Source: Squalus acanthias
Taxonomy: Eukaryota
Assembly (NCBI GenBank): GCA_030390025.1
Contig: CM059432.1
Coordinates: forward strand, 139,378,001 to 139,442,000
Direction of reading: 5' to 3'
DNA length: 64,000 nucleotides
Shown: in pieces, positions 33,615 through 45,734 of the stretch
Position numbering within the stretch: the stretch's first letter is position 1
Layout of the letters: the number at the start of each line of letters is the position of its first letter
Notes under the pieces: model-generated
Told to the model about the DNA's origin: nothing
Database searches by the model: none
Seen by the model: the letters and a program-made list of their open reading frames with translations, nothing else
Made by a program: the position numbers and the translations under genes

Positions 33615-35433
33615 ACATGATGTCGGGTTCCATCTGTACGCTGACGACGCCCATCTCTACCTCACCACCTCCGCTTTTTTGTTGTCACACTGCATGTCCC
33701 ACATTCAATACTGGATGAACAACGATTTCCTCCAATTAAACATTGGGAAGGCTAAAGCCATTGGGGGAAAAATTCAGTTGGTTGCGCCTCCCGTTAGCGC
33801 CTTAAGAGGGCGCTAATGGGGCGCAAAGCATCTAGCGCCCGGACGCGGCGATGTTTGCGCCGCTCGCGAAATTAACTAGACATTTTGCGGCGGTGCTAAA
33901 CACTACCGCCACGATCTCCTGCGCCGGCAGATCGTGACGTCAGTCGAGTGCGCAACGCCCCGGTATCGCCCCGGAGCGGATATTGAATGGCGCCCTCTGC
34001 CTTACCGCCTGCCGCTAGCAACGACAGGTTGAGGGGAGCGTTTTGCAGTCAGGAAGGGACTGGGGGAGCGCTATTTAAAGGCGACCGCTTCCTGCCTTTT
34101 ATTGTTGGTGACATTTTTGAACCACGCATTCTGAGAGAGAGAGAGAGAGAGAGACTTCTGGAGAGATTCAACGCTGTGTGAAGGAGTTTTGGGTACTAAG
34201 CAGCACTTTGCAGGTTCATTTTGATTTGCCCTTCCTTGTATCGATTTAGAAGAGACTGTGGGGGCTGCACTCTGAGCTCTTTCCCTGGTACTCTCCATTG
34301 TTCTTTCCAGCAGATTTGATGTGCAGGTCTCTCCAGGCCGAGATTCAAGGCTGCAATGAGCAGGATGTGGATGGAAAGCAAGATCAACCCTCCCCTTTAA
34401 GAACTGGCCGGCGCCATTGTGTGTGTGTTCCATTGCTGACTGACATCACATGAGCTTCGCCAGCGCTCTGAGGTAGCGCCTCGCTCCTCGGCCTTTGCAC
34501 CTTAAGACAGGTGTGAAGCGCCTGATTTAGCGCTCCAATCACCTCCAGGGGCGATAAAAGTCAAGTTTGCAGTCGGTGGCGATAATTAGCGCCAGGCGCT
34601 AATCTTTGCGTCCGGCCGATAATTGCGCCCCAAATGGGGCGATACTGAATTTCTCCCCCATTGTCTTCGGCCCCCCGCCACACACCCCGTTGCCTCAGCA
34701 CCAATTCCATCCCCCTCCCTAGCCACTGTCTCAGGCTGAATCAGACTGTTCCCAATCTTGATGTCCTATTTGACCCTGAGCTGAGCTTCTGACCCCATAT
34801 CCTCTCCATCACCAAAACCGCCTGCTTCCAACTCTGTAGCATCACTTGTCTCCACCCCTGCCTCAGCTTATCTGCTGCTGAAACCTTCATCCATGCTTTT
34901 GTTACCTCCACTCTCGACTATTCCAATGCTCTCTGGCTGGCCTCTCACCTTACACCCGCCGTAAACTTGAACTCATCCAAAACCCTGCCACCCATATCCT
35001 AACCCGCACCCAAGTTCCATTCACCCATCACACCTGTGCTCGCTGACCTACACTGGGTCCTGGTCTGGCAACGCCGCGCTTTTAAAATTCTCATCCTCAT
35101 ATTCAAATCCCTCCATGGCCTCAATCCTCCCTATCTCTGCAACCTCCTCCAGCCCTACAACCCTCCAAGATCTCTGCGTTCCTCCAATTCTAGCCTCTTG
35201 TGCATCCCCGATATTCCTTCACTCCTCCTTCAACTGCCGAGGCCCTAAGCTCTGGAATCCCCTCCCCTGAACCTCTCCACCTCTCCCTCCTCCTTTAAGA
35301 CGCCCCTTAAAACCTACATCCCTGACCTATCTCTCTTTGTGTGGCTCGGTATCAAATTTTGTCTGAGGACGCTCCTGTGAAACGTCTTGAGACGTTGCAC
35401 TTCGTTAAAGGCGCTGTATAAATGCAAGTTGTT
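33615..35433 (+). mobile_element. L2-clade LINE 3' part, split by the Harbinger derivative at 33763-34659
   Basis: FHLYADD motif near 33630-33650, LADLHW..FKILILIFKSLHGL frame, and the L2 tail GGCGCTGTATAAATGCAAGTTGTTG. Confidence 0.85.
33763..34659 (+). mobile_element. Non-autonomous Harbinger deletion derivative A, 897 bp
   Basis: TIR GGGGGAAAAATTCAGT / ACTGAATTTCTCCCCC; TSD ATT; ends homologous to 9781-10305 and 13595-13979. Confidence 0.93.
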
Positions 35434-35967
35434 GCTGCATTGTTGGGTCTGAATCGTACAAGATTTTGGAGGCCAGGATGTGGGGAGCTCTGCTTTGGTG
35501 CGTTACACATTTAACGTTAGACCACAACTGTACTGCCAGCAGCACTGCACTTAGTCTTTGATGTTATGCCTGGCACAACTTAGCCTGCCTGTGCGATCCA
35601 TATCTCTATTGTTTACTTCTGTACTGCTCTCGCTGTTGCTGTGGAAACCAGATTACAATCAATCCCTCTTAAAGGTCATTATCAGAAGGAAAGCAATTAA
35701 GATAAAAGCTTTATTAAAAAAAAAAATTTCAGCAGTGACAACCAATGTTCCCGTCAGCGGTCTGGAGGCCCCGCACAGATCGCTCACGGGCCTTTCAATG
35801 CAAACAACAACGCATGCGCAAAAAATTGAATGGGCCGCACAGCCAGTTAAAGGGCCCGCGCACCAAGAAAAATTACAGGGAACACTGTAGACAAGGCAAT
35901 CCAATGGATAGCTTAAAAGTCTGCTATAGTGTGATTCAATAATGATATTTTTGAAGAATGTGATCTT

Positions 35968-36465
35968 ACATACGAACATACGAATTAGGAGCAGGAGTAG
36001 GCCACTCGGCCCCTCGAGCCTGCTCCGCCATTCAATAAGATCACGACTGATCTGATTACTCCACATTCCCGCCTACCCCCGATAACCTTTCACCCCCTTG
36101 CTTATCAAGAATCTAGCTACCTCTGCCTTAAAAATATTCAAAGACTCTGCTTCCACCGCCCTCTGAGGAAGAGAGTTCCAAAGACTCACGACCCTCTGTG
36201 AGAAAAAATTTCTCCTCATCTCTGTCTTAAATGGACGACCCCCTATTTTTAAACAGTGACCCCTAGTTCTAGATTCTCCCACAAGAGGAAACATCCTCTC
36301 CACATCCACCCTGTCCCAACCCCTCAGGATCTTATATGTTTCAATCAAGTTACCTCTTACTCTTCTAAACTCCAGCAGATACAAGCCTAGCCTGTCCAAC
36401 CTTTCCTCATAAGACAACCCGCCCATTCCATGTAATAGTCCAGTAAACCTTCTCTGAACTGCTTC
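35968..36465 (-). mobile_element. CR1 3' fragment
   Basis: ORF 36073..36426 is a CR1 C-terminus; tail TTCGTATGTTCGTATG on the minus strand. Confidence 0.9.
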
Positions 36466-36649
36466 TATCTTTGCACGTATCTATTAATATATTAAAAATT
36501 GTACATCTGCACGCACTTCACGTGCCAAGTTTCTTTTCTATTATAAAATCCAATGACCGTGTAAAATTGTCACGGTGAAATTACACCCTCCCCCCAGCGG
36601 TGGTGCTATAGCACTTCAGTTTTGTGTCTCCCAGCGCTTCAGCCTGTAC

Positions 36650-37024
36650 TAGGGTTGCCAACTCCGGTTGGACATATTCCTGGAGGTTTCATCACATGAC
36701 CTCCTGCCTCCCACCGCCCCTCCCCCCCCCACTCCCGCCATTGGTCGCCCGACACCTCCATCCTCGCAGCGCCCGCCTTACCATGGCAAACAAACAGATT
36801 CTTCATTACCTGATTCGATGATTCGTGACTGTCAGGTCAAACAGCCTTTTTTCCCATCTCCAATATTTTTATAACTAATAAACTAAAGTGTTCAAAGAAA
36901 GATTTTTTTTTAACCCCCCCCACCCCTATGATTTTTCTCCTGGGTGTTGCTCACAGCAGTGTCCTGGAGATTAATCTTCAATTCCTGGAGACTCCAGGGC
37001 AATCCTGGAGGGTTGGCAACTCTA
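36650..37024. mobile_element. hAT-like MITE, 375 bp
   Basis: TIR TAGGGTTGCCAAC / GTTGGCAACTCTA; degenerate 8-bp TSD GCCTGTAC/CTCTGTAC; same family as 54922-55321. Confidence 0.8.
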
Positions 37025-37076
37025 CTCTGTACTATAGAGAAAGGTTGAACTAACACTTCTTCTCTGCTTCCAGTAC

Positions 37077-38711
37077 TGTAAGGGGTGACCTGTGGCTCTG
37101 TGCTTAGCCTGGGTGCTAGTGCGGGGTTAGGCCCTGTTGCCTGCTCTGGTCTCCAGCCAGCCTGGTAACACTAGACGCCTGTGAGTGGTTCGACCCACTC
37201 GCCCTTACGGTTCTGACACTGGACTTAGGTGCGAGAGCAATAATGCAGAGAAGACTCAGGTAGACCCGGTTGAATAGTGCGAAATGGAAAATCTTTATTG
37301 CATATTATTCAAGATTACGAGATACATGTCATAAGCACAGATTAACGACAGTACAATCTTACACACAGTTATGAAACTAATTTTAGGGAAACGAGGAGCG
37401 CACGACACATCGTAAAAGGGGACACACATTATAATTATCCTTAAAACTTAAACCCTCCCCTATCAATACCTGTCCTAATCTAGATTTGTAGGATCGAGAC
37501 TCATGCTCACCACTCGTGATAACTCGTAGAATTCCGAAACTCTGCTCGGATGTTTTTACCGCAGCACCTGACTATCCACGTGTTGATCAGGGGTCTCTGT
37601 ACCCCACTTGTTTACTCGTTTCTGCTCCGGCTAGCAGGCTGGACCGTCTGCTGTCATGAAGATCTGTGTTGCCCTCGGAGTTCTGATACTACTCAAAAAA
37701 GAGTCTTCCTGTGCCCTACACCGGTTCGATAGAACTCGAAGAAGGGTCTTCCTGGGCCAGTTGTGGAGTAGCCGATAAAATTCAAAGAAGTGTTTATTCG
37801 ACTTACAGGCGCGGTCGGGGCTTACTGACCGTGGCGATGCGTATTGTTGTCTTCTTCTCTTCTCATCTCATCTCATCTCATCTCATCTCCTCTCGGGCCT
37901 TCGGTTCCAACACCGTTTACCGACTCCTCGGGATGGTGCGCCCGCCTCCAGGCCTCACAGCCCAGTTCTCCACAGATCTTCGCGGCAAGCCACGAGGTTG
38001 ATCCTAGCGGATCAGAGTCCAGAGCCGTCAGGCAAGAGAATAAAAGTTCAGCAGTCTTCCAGCGAGTCAAAGCAGCAAGAGAAAGATGGACGGTTGTACT
38101 TTACAGTTATAGTGCTGTAATTCCTCTTTTACCGCCCAATCTTAATGTCTATCTTTTGTCAGGGTTTTGGCGCTCAAACTTCTTGTATGGGGTGATCTCA
38201 GTCTTTAATGGGTTTCGGTGACACTTGTAACTGTCTGAGTACCCATTAATATTTCTCCCATTGTGGAACCGGCTAGTTGTCTCCCTGGAGGGGTTTTGGG
38301 GCTTCCAAATGCTTGCTGTGAGTAGCCGCAAACGGCTCTCTCATCGTAGAGTCGTGGGGATTTTGCATATTAATGTCTTTGGATGGGTCCTTGATCGCTC
38401 AGTACAATAGCCCTTGTTTGCACCTGGGAGACCGATTTCAGTATTCATGTTTAAAGTGTAAACCCATCGCGTCTTGTCATTATCTCATCATGTTGGATCT
38501 TTTCGATCTTGCACAAATGTTTATTGGAACGCCATCTTGTCTGCCTACTGAAAGTCTAGAACTTTCTGCCACGAGGCGTGGCAGCCATTTTACAGGCTGT
38601 TTGTGTCCGTTTTGAAACCTGACAGCATTCTGCTGAAATAAAGCTGTTTATACGAAACTTTATGTCTCCTTCTTATTTTTATAAAATCGCGATAATTTTG
38701 CGAATTCTACA
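37077..38711 (-). mobile_element. 1635-bp probable solo LTR (Gypsy or ERV, class undetermined)
   Basis: TGTA...TACA termini; exact 4-bp TSD GTAC (37073-37076, 38712-38715); no recognisable coding ORF; minus-strand TATA-like at ~38111-38105 and AATAAA at 37299-37294; internal (TCTCA)n. Confidence 0.78.
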
Positions 38712-38890
38712 GTACTGACTTAAGTTTTGCAGTTTAACTATAAATAATCTAACCCTTTACATTCACGTGCACATCCTATGTGAAGTTCTTCCATTGTAAT
38801 TTCCTACGTTCATATATATACTAGGAACTGTATGTGTTAACTTGTCATGCTGTAATTACACCCTCCTGCAAGTGTCTATTTAGGCACCTA

Positions 38891-39782
38891 GGGGAAAAAT
38901 TAGGTCGCGCCCCATTTGGGGCGCAAATATCGTCTGGACGCAAATATTAGCGCCTGGCGCTAATTATCGGCACTGACTGGAAACTTCACTTTTACCGCCC
39001 CGGGAGGTGAGTGGAGCGCTAAATCAGACGCTGCACACCTGTCTTAAGGCGCAAAGGCCAAGGAGTGAGGCGCTAACTCAGAGCGCTGGCGAAGCTCATG
39101 TAATGTCAGTCAGCAATGGAACACACACACAATGGCACGGGCCAGTTCTTAAAGGGGATGGTTAATCTTGCTTTCCATCCACATCCTGTTCATTGCAGCC
39201 TTGAATCTCGGCCTGGAGAGACTTGCACATCAAATGTGCTGGAAAGAACAATGGAGAGTACCAGGCAAAGAGCTCAGAGTGCAGCTCCCACAGTCTCTGC
39301 TAAATCGATACAAGGAATGGCAAATCAAAATGAACCTGCAAAGTGCTGCTCAGTACCCAAAACTCCTTCACACAACGTTGAATCTCTCCAGAAGTCTCTC
39401 CCTCTCTCTCTCAGAATGCGTAGTTCAAAAATGCCACCAACAATAAAAGACAGGAAGAGGCCCCCTTTAAATAGCGCCCCCCCCCAGCCCCACAGCGATT
39501 GATAGCGTTCCAGTCTTCTGGTCGTTGGATGCGCCAGGCGGTAAGGCAGGGGGTGCCACTCAATTTCTGCTCCGGGGCGCCACAAGGGCGTTGCACCATG
39601 GAATGACGTCACAATCTGCGCGCGCAGGTGGTCGCAGCGGTAAAGTTTAGCGCCGCCGCACAATCTCTAGTTAAGTTCCCGAGCGGCGCAAACATCGCTG
39701 CACCCGGGCGTTAGCGGCTTTGCGCCCCATTAGCGCCCTCTTAAGGCGCTAACGGGAGGCGCAACCAACTGAATTTTTACCC
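38891..39782 (-). mobile_element. Non-autonomous Harbinger deletion derivative B (mosaic), ~892 bp
   Basis: Ends near-identical to the autonomous element, core like copies A and C; flanked by CTA/(C)TA with shortened terminal G/C runs. Confidence 0.92.
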
Positions 39783-40407
39783 TAATCTTCCTTTCAGTGT
39801 ACCAATGGCTTGTTCATTTTCAATGGCTTGTTCATTTTCGATGTGAGTTTCACAAGTGCGCCTCATTGTAGCATTCCTCCACTTCACCGGTGGTCCTTCT
39901 CAATGGTGTTAGAAGATGTGGTCTTATTATCCATTGTCCCTTGTCTCCATGAGGCCAGCAAACGCCTTGCCCTTGATTCTGAAAGACTGCAGGGACGTGT
40001 GGACTGACCATGGGGACACATAAGCCAATATGTACAATCTACAGGATGCACTGCAGCAGCTCACCAGGGCTACTTCAACAGTACCTTCCAACCCCACAAC
40101 CCCGACCACCAAGAAGGACAAGAGCAGCAATGACATGGGAAAATCCATCACCTCCAAGTTCCCCTTCCAAGTCACACACCATCCTAACTTGGACATACAC
40201 CAATGTTCCTTCATTGTCACAATATCCTGGAATGCTCTACCTTAAACCAGTGTGGAAACACCATCACCACAAGGACCGCAAGCAGTTCAAGGAGGAGGCC
40301 CACCACCATCTTCTCAGGGCAAGTAGGGCTGGGCAATAAATGTAGCCACTGCCTTAGAACAAATGAAAAAAAAAACACCTCCAGCCCTTTGCGCCCCCAA
40401 ACTCTCT

Positions 40408-41278
40408 GGTCGCGATTTTTTCATTGGAGGCGGGTTGGGTGCAGGTCAGGTGGTTTCCGGCTTCCAGTCCCGCCCCCAACTGCATCCGGCCCACAGACGT
40501 GATTTTACGTTGGTTGACCTTGTTAAGCCCGCCCTGCGGGCTTGCCGGCCAATTAAGAGGAAGCCGGTCAGATGACATCATTTGATGACGCGCCATCTGC
40601 CGGTTTTCTTAAAGGGGCCTCGCACAATTTTTTTTTGACAGCTGATTTCTCAACAGCATTGAGGTGCTGCAAACACTGACAATCACTGTACAAAGGTGAG
40701 CTCTTGCACCCAGGCTATCCAGTGACTCCCTCCATAGGCTGGAATAGACGGCAGCTGCAGGTGAGGTGACAGAAGCAATCTGTCACTGGTGAGAGAGGTT
40801 CTCCCAATGAGGTGGCACTGGACATGAATTTCAAAACTGGTTACCTAAAGAAATGTGTAAATGCATTAAAAATGAATTTCCCAACATTTTCTTACCTCTG
40901 AGACTCACCAGTGCAACATTGGATCCTTCACACCACTTCTGCAGCTGTCATCAATCCAGAAACATTACAGCAGACTCACAACACGCCACACTTACCTGGC
41001 GTGGTGACCGGACGTCGGGAAGCCCGAGCCAGAAGCGGCAAAATTTTAAAAATAGCCTGTCAACTACTATCGACTACCTGTTAACAGGCAGGTAATTGGC
41101 TTTAATCCTCTTCCCGCCTCTAGGTGTCGGGTGCATGCGCAAATCAGGGGACCCGACACTTGGGAAAGCTGTTTGGAGGCAGGTTGACGGCGGGGTCGGA
41201 ACCCGCTGTCAATCAAAATGATTCTAACCTTTGACCCGCCTCCAAACCCACCCTCTCAGTGCCGATAAAATCGCGGCC
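40408..41278. mobile_element. PIF/Harbinger-type MITE, 871 bp (family of 6435-7273)
   Basis: Ends GGTCGCGATTTT / AAAATCGCGGCC; TSD TCT (40405-40407, 41279-41281). Confidence 0.85.
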
Positions 41279-41455
41279 TCTGTTCCTCTCACTTTAGCCA
41301 CTTGTCCATCCCCCTCACTTTGCCTCACCACTAATGACCGTGCCTAAGCTACCTAAGTCCCATTTTCTAGAATTTCCTCACTAATTCCCTCCTCCTCCTT
41401 GAAGACTCTGCTTAAAACCCAAACTTTCTGACCAAGCTGTTGGTCACCACTCCTA

Positions 41456-42338
41456 GGGGGAAAAATTCAGTTGGTTGCGCCTCCCGTTAGCGCTAATGGG
41501 GTGCAAAGCATCTAGCGCCCGGGCGCGGCGATGTTTGCGCCTGCTCGCGAAATTAACTAGACATTTTGCGGCGGCGCTAAACACTACCGCCACGATCTCC
41601 TGCGCCGGCAGATCGTGACGTCAGTCAAGTGCGCAACGCCCCGGTATCGCCCCGGAGCGGGTATTGAGTGGCGCCCCCTGCCTTACCGCCTGCTGCTAGC
41701 AACGACAGGTTGAGGGGAGCGTTTTGCAGTCAGGAAGGGACTGGGGGAGCGCTATTTAAAGGCGACCGCTTCCTGCCTTTTATTGTTGGTGACATTTTTG
41801 AACCACGCATTCTGAGAGAGAGAGAGAGAGAGACTTCTGGAGAGATTCAACGCTGTGTGAAGGAGTTTTGGGTACTGAGCAGCACTTTGCAGGTTCATTT
41901 TGATTTGCCCTTCCTTGTATCGATTTAGAAGAGACTGTGGGGGCTGCACTCTGAGCTCTTTCCCTGGAACTCTCCATTGTTCTTTCCAGCAGATTTGATG
42001 TGCAGGTCTCTCCAGGCCGAGATTCAAGGCTGCAATGAGCAGGATGTGGATGGAAAGCAAGATCAACCCTCCCCTTTAAGAACTGGCCGGCGCCATTGTG
42101 TGTGTGTTCCATTGCTGACTGACATCATCTGAGCTTCGCCAGCGCTCTGAGGTAGCGCCTCGCTCCTCGGCCTTTGCGCCTTAAGACAGGTGTGAAGCGC
42201 CTGATTTAGCGCTCCAATCACCTCCAGGGGCGATAAAAGTCAAGTTTGCAGTCGGTGGCGATAATTAGCGCCAGGCGCTAATCTTTGCGCCCGGCCGATA
42301 ATTGCGCCCCAAATGGGGCGATACTGAATTTCTCCCCC
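41456..42338 (+). mobile_element. Non-autonomous Harbinger deletion derivative C, 883 bp
   Basis: Near-identical to copy A; TSD CTA (41453-41455, 42339-42341); inserted in an L2 tail. Confidence 0.93.
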
Positions 42339-43020
42339 CTAATCTCTATTTCTTTGGCTATGTTTTTGCTCACACCTCTGAAAAATGCATAGGGATGTTT
42401 CTTCCACATTAAAGGTGCTATATAAATGCGAGTTGCTGTTGATAGGTAGCATGAAACTGCTTTGCATCAATGTAGAAATGGCAGTGTAACGGTACACTAA
42501 AAGAATCCCAAAGTCAGAACAGCCAGCGGCTAGTTAATCAATCTACAGGTTAGAGGGCAGTTATTCTTGAGGGAACTGAGATCAGTGTACTTCCAGTCAC
42601 CTGATTTTTTGGGTGTGAGGAATCCCTGGAATCTTAAGAGAACATGTCAAACAAACGCCCATGTTATGTCCGCCAAACGTTTTAATCTTCTGCCTTTTAA
42701 AATCTTGTGTTCTTCTTTTTATTTGTTCTTGAGATGTGGGCGACACTGCTAGGCCGCATTTTTTGTCGCTCCTGGTTGCTCCGAGAAGGTGACGATGAAT
42801 TGTTGCTGCCTTTGTGGTGATGGTGGTGTTAGGGAGGGAAGTTCAGGATATTGACCCACTGACGATGAAGGAACAGCAGGACATGTCCAAATCAGGTTGG
42901 AGTGTGCCTTTGTGAGAACTTGGAGGTGATGCTGTTGCCCATTATCTTGCTGCTTTTTTTGTCCTTCTTTATGGTAGAGGTCACAGGGGATGGGAGATGC
43001 TATCGAAGGTAAGCTTGGTG

Positions 43021-43378
43021 AACATAAGAACATAAGAAATAGGAGCAGGAGTAGGCTATTCGGTCTTTTGAGCTTGCTCCGCCATTCAATAAGATCATGG
43101 CTGATCTTCTACCTCAACTCCACTTTCCCGCCCGATCCCCGTATCCCTTGATTCCCTTAATATCCAAAAGTCTATCGATCTCTGTCTTAAATATACTCAA
43201 CAACTGAGCATCCACAGCCCTCTGGGGCAGTGAATTCCAAAGATTCACAACCCTTTGAGCAAAGAAATTTCTCATCTCAGTCCTAAATGGCCAACCCCTT
43301 ATCTTGAGACTGTGACCCCTGGTTCTAGACTCCCCAGCCGGGGGAAACATCCTCCCAGCATCCACCCTGTCAAGCCCT
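43021..43378 (-). mobile_element. CR1 3' fragment nested in the second CR1-group family
   Basis: GLDRVDAGRMFP...WNSLPQRAV..KGYGDRAGKWS plus a (TTCTTATG)n tail. Confidence 0.88.
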
Positions 43379-44474
43379 GGTGAGTTGCTGCGGTGCCTCC
43401 GTTGATAGTACATCACCGCACCAACAGTGCGCTGGTGGTGGAGGGAATGGATATCAAATGCATTTTATCCAATAATGCTGAGGTAGGTCACAAAATGTTT
43501 TCAAAATGTATTTATTTATTGGACCCTATCATAAATCATTTGGCTTCTGTTTTAAATAGCATCTAGGTAGCAGGTGCAGTAGGGAAAGTTCTAACGAAGT
43601 GAGTCACAGGATGGGACCGTGTGTTTGTCTTGTGATAGTCTGTAGTAATTTGACCTCAAGGAGACTGATCAATGAGGCCAAATCAATGACAGGGATCACA
43701 GCAGGAAAGGACCTGATTTCTGGAAGAACGAGGAGGGGGCAATTCCATGTATTTTCCTCTCTCTCTCTCTCTCTGTCGCTTTCTTTCTCTCTTTATTTTT
43801 AGACGTCGAGCGATAATGTTTCACACCATGTGCAGGCCGTGTGATTGGAGATTGTTTTTTTTTTCTTTCGGCTGACACTTTGCACAAGTAGTTTTTTTGA
43901 ACGTACACATCACGCAAAGCAATGATGAAATAAGTGAGATCTACAACAGCAGGTGGCAGTGCCAGAAAAGCTCGGGTGTTTTTACAGCTGCCCTTTGCAA
44001 CGAATTGCCTCACCTAGAAACGAAATCCCCCCCCAAAAATATTTCCGTGGTTTTCATACCAAGTTCCAATAACAAGCTGATTTGCTGGTCTAATTAGAAA
44101 ACAACTGAATCAACATTCCTTCTACTGATTGCAGTTGAGAAACAAGAAGTAGAACAGTAATGTTGGTCTATTACAAGAGCTGATAATTGCTTGCCCTTTA
44201 TAAATATATATATATGTATTTTTTTAATTCATCCTGGCATCCTAGGCCTCTGCGGCAGTGGTTGACACATCCATGATAGAGGATAAGACTGGCCTCAGGA
44301 CCTCTGTGGACCTTGTGCTACAGATTTCCCTGGAGCTGCCATGCACTGAGTGCTCCACACACATCCATGTGTGGGTAGTGTACTCTTCCAACTGACTCCT
44401 CGACCCCAGTCTCCCCAGTGCACATACATCTGATGCTCTTCAAAGTGTCCTTCTTGTACAGGTAGAGCAGCATC

Positions 44475-44745
44475 TTGCATTTATATCGTGTCGTTAACGT
44501 AGTAAAAACGTCCCAAAGCGCTTCACAGGAGCGTTAAAGAACAAAGAGGCGGAGAGAATTAGGGAGGGAATTTCTGAGCTTAGGGCCCAGGTAGCTGAAG
44601 GCACGGCCGCCAATGGTGGAGCGATTAAAATCGAGGATGCTCAAGAGGCCAGAATTGGAGGAGTGCAGAGATCTCTGAGGGCTGAAGGATAGTTACAGAG
44701 ATAGGGAGAGGGGGGTGCGAGCCATGGAAGGATTTGAACACAAGG
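44475..44745 (-). mobile_element. L2 3' fragment (another at ~46420-46805)
   Basis: Reverse of CCACCATTGGCGGCCGTGCCTTCAGC and the L2 tail. Confidence 0.78.
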
Positions 44746-45734
44746 ACCTCTGAGATCTGTTTCCTGAGGCTTCTCATCAAAGGGTGGACCGTCTGGACAA
44801 AAATACCTGCTTCCTCATCTCCCACTCCCAGATCCCCTTGCCCACTTGTGTTCTGTGTATCATCCTGTACACTCCGCCTCTGGCTTGCTGTCTAGTGCAT
44901 CCTAAGTGGACATCTCTGGGTTAGTGCTTGGCAGGGAAAGGGCAAGTACCAGCAAGCTCCTGGCAAAGCCAGAATCAGAGGGGCCTGGATGCTGTTATCC
45001 TTTTCCCTCTGTTCATGTTGGATTAGTACATATACATGAGGGAGAAAGGAATAGAAGGTTATGTTGATAGGGTTAGATGAAGAGCGGTGGGATGAGGCTT
45101 GTGTGGAGCATAAACACCGGCATGGACCAGTTGGGCAAAATAGGCTGTTTCTGTGCTGCAAGTTTGATGTACAATCTATGTAATGCAAGAGGATGAGAAG
45201 AGGGATCAGAATGAGTCGCTAAGGAGACATGTGACTTCATAGAATAGTACAGCATCAAAGGAGGCCATTCAGCCCATTGAGTCTGCAGCAGAAATATTAC
45301 GATAACATTGCTCAACCTTATCAGAACTGAATCTCAGATCTTCCCCACAATACTTATTGTTTTTCGTGCAACTTTCGTGCATTAATTGTACCAAGTGTTT
45401 CTAACTCTGGAGTGGGACTTGAACCCACAACCTTTTTGACTCGGAAGCGAGAGTGCTGCCCACTGAGCCAGCACTGACACTTCTAATCGGTGGATGGAAT
45501 GAAATCAGGGTTTCATCCTCAGGTCCTCAGGTTCACTGTTACGTTATGTATGGTGCAGCATGAAAAGGAAGATAAGTTGAACGTCATGACTAAAACTGCT
45601 CTTGGTACCTGCCACCCAATTACCCCATCTCCCACATGGAGAGAATACAGCATCCAGATCACCAGGATAATACCAGGGATGAGAAACTGCAGCTACGAGG
45701 AGAGACTTGAAATAATGGCAACCCTGCCACTAAA

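Noticed and set aside
33759..34663. 5-bp TSD (CATTG) for the Harbinger derivatives
   Set aside because: It fits copy A only; copy C (CCTAG/CCTAA) and the autonomous copy (CTTTG/CTTTA) fit a 3-bp TSD.
34071..42112. Three-copy small gene family MEHTHNG... (34071-34433, 39116-39502, 41780-42112)
   Set aside because: These frames cross the deletion junction of the Harbinger derivatives; they are by-products of a repeated element.
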